Source of the DNA: Amphiscolops sp. MND2022
Taxonomy: Eukaryota
Reading direction: 5' to 3'
DNA length: 64,000 nt
NCBI GenBank assembly: GCA_964187785.1
Contig: OZ076413.1
Span: 45,510,001 to 45,574,000 of the forward strand
Shown piece by piece: positions 62,909 through 64,000 of this stretch. Numbering within the stretch: position 1 is the first letter of the stretch; every line of letters begins with the position of its first letter. Position numbers and translations under genes: made by a program. A model generated the notes under the pieces. It was not told the DNA's origin. It made no database searches and saw only the letters and a list, made by a program, of their open reading frames with translations.

Positions 62909-63157
62909 ATGAGTGAGACTCTAGCAAAAGTATTAGTAGGAGCGTTTTTTATTGTCATAACTACTAGCTTGTTTATATATCAAGTAAGGACTAAAGAAAA
63001 AATGGGACAAAATCCCGATCCCTGCCTTGAAGAGTACAAAGACTATTGTATGAACGAAGGAGAATGTTTTAGTCATGTGGAAGCAAACATTATAGGTTGC
63101 CTTTGTCCACCACTTTACGGAGGGAAACGCTGTGATAAGTTCTTGTGGTGGTATTAG
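62909..63157 (+). CDS. 82-aa protein: N-terminal TM/signal anchor plus one EGF domain of EGFR-ligand type
   Basis: Hydrophobic VLVGAFFIVITTSLFIY, then C-x7-C-x5-C-x10-C-x-C-x8-C (CLEEYKDYCMNEGECFSHVEANIIGCLCPPLYGGKRC) with the YxGxRC signature. Intact and intronless. Confidence 0.9.
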   Translation: MSETLAKVLVGAFFIVITTSLFIYQVRTKEKMGQNPDPCLEEYKDYCMNEGECFSHVEANIIGCLCPPLYGGKRCDKFLWWY

Positions 63158-63231
63158 GAATGTTAGTCTTGTGTAAAACAAATCTCAATTAAAATGTGAG
63201 CAAAAATAAAGCAAAAATTTCAAGTTAAAAT

Positions 63232-63630
63232 CAGACGCGTTGTAAAATTTTCCCAAAAAAATACGACACGTTGTAAAATTTTCCCAAAAAAATACGACAC
63301 GTTGTAAAATTTTCCCAAAAAAATACGACACGTTGTAAAAGTTCTACTTTAAAATCAGACAAGAAGTAAAATTTTTTGCTTCAAAATCTGTCTTTTTAAA
63401 ACTGTATCGCAAGTGCAAAATTTGTTGTTTTTACGGAGTAAAATGGGTAAAAACTTGTCTTTTTAAAAATAAAAACGCCTTCCGAATCTGACTTTTTAAT
63501 TTTTTCATCTCGTGTAAAATGAAACACGTTGTAAAATTTTCCCAAAAAAATACGACACGTTGTAAAATTTTCCCAAAAAAATACGACACGTTGTAAAATT
63601 TTTCCAAAAAAATAAGACATGTTGTAAAAG
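63232..63630. repeat. Two clusters of a 31-bp tandem repeat inside the Polinton
   Basis: acacgttgtaaaattttcccaaaaaaatacg units at about 63235-63340 and 63524-63630. Confidence 0.92.
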
Positions 63631-63668
63631 TTTACTTGTAAAAGTGTGCATTTTAATTTCAGTCAAAA

Positions 63669-63851
63669 ATGAGCTAGTGTTCCGACGACTTTTGTGACTT
63701 AGTAAAGTGGACGATTTATACTTTTGGAGCATTCTTGTTGTTCCTACTAGCCGTTGCTGCAATTGCTGCTCTCATTGGTCTATTTATTGTCATGTTGAGA
63801 CTTCCTATCGGCCTCTACAAGTCTCATTTCGTTGAAGAAAACAGTGGTTAG
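63669..63851 (+). pseudogene. Small single-pass membrane protein ORF with an early TAG
   Basis: MS*CSDDFCDLVKWTIYTFGAFLLFLLAVAAIAALIGLFIVMLRLPIGLYKSHFVEENSG*; preceded by tcagtc, like the EGF ORF. Confidence 0.5.
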
Positions 63852-64000
63852 TTCACAAAGATTTAATTTTAAAAGATACTAAATTACTATCATAATTACC
63901 GTAACCATCTAAAAAACAATCTACAATTTTTATTAGTTCTACTTCAAATTTTGTCTTTTTAACTTGTTCAATCCTGTCTGCGAATACCGATCCACTCGTC

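Larger units (their letters stand above)
55519..64000. mobile_element. Polinton/Maverick-type endogenous viral element, left portion (continues beyond the window)
   Basis: Begins AGTAGTAAGAGAG, the typical Polinton terminal motif, followed by a repeat-rich non-coding terminal zone, a protein-primed PolB and compact intronless ORFs. Integrase, ATPase, capsid genes and the right TIR are not visible in the window. Confidence 0.82.

Noticed and set aside
63232..63630. 31-bp repeats as a CRISPR array
   Set aside because: Units are contiguous without unique spacers, there are no cas genes, and the context is eukaryotic.

Overview
AT-rich, repeat-dense DNA from an animal (invertebrate-like) nuclear genome with spliceosomal introns; no prokaryotic features. 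Host genes: the last coding exon of a synaptobrevin/VAMP (5998-6216, +), and a 14-exon, divergent NPL4 gene (19390-35988, -) reconstructed with consistent splice phases. One NPL4 intron contains a two-exon SUZ12-like gene on the opposite strand (25694-28889). The rest is mostly mobile DNA: a 2970-bp-period tandem duplication, a decayed CRE-type retrotransposon, a decayed Penelope element with a degenerate hammerhead ribozyme, an intact two-ORF CR1-group LINE, a hAT remnant, a full-length decayed Ty3/Gypsy element, two DINE-1/Helentron-like repeat families, and MULE-like MITEs with different TIRs but a shared internal module. From 55519 to the window end lies the left part of a Polinton/Maverick-type endogenous virus. 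It has an AGTAGT terminus, a frameshifted protein-primed PolB, and a divergent cluster of small intronless genes. One of these genes is intact and encodes a membrane-anchored EGF-receptor-ligand-like protein, the most interesting observation here. All family calls come from motif recognition by eye; no searches were run.
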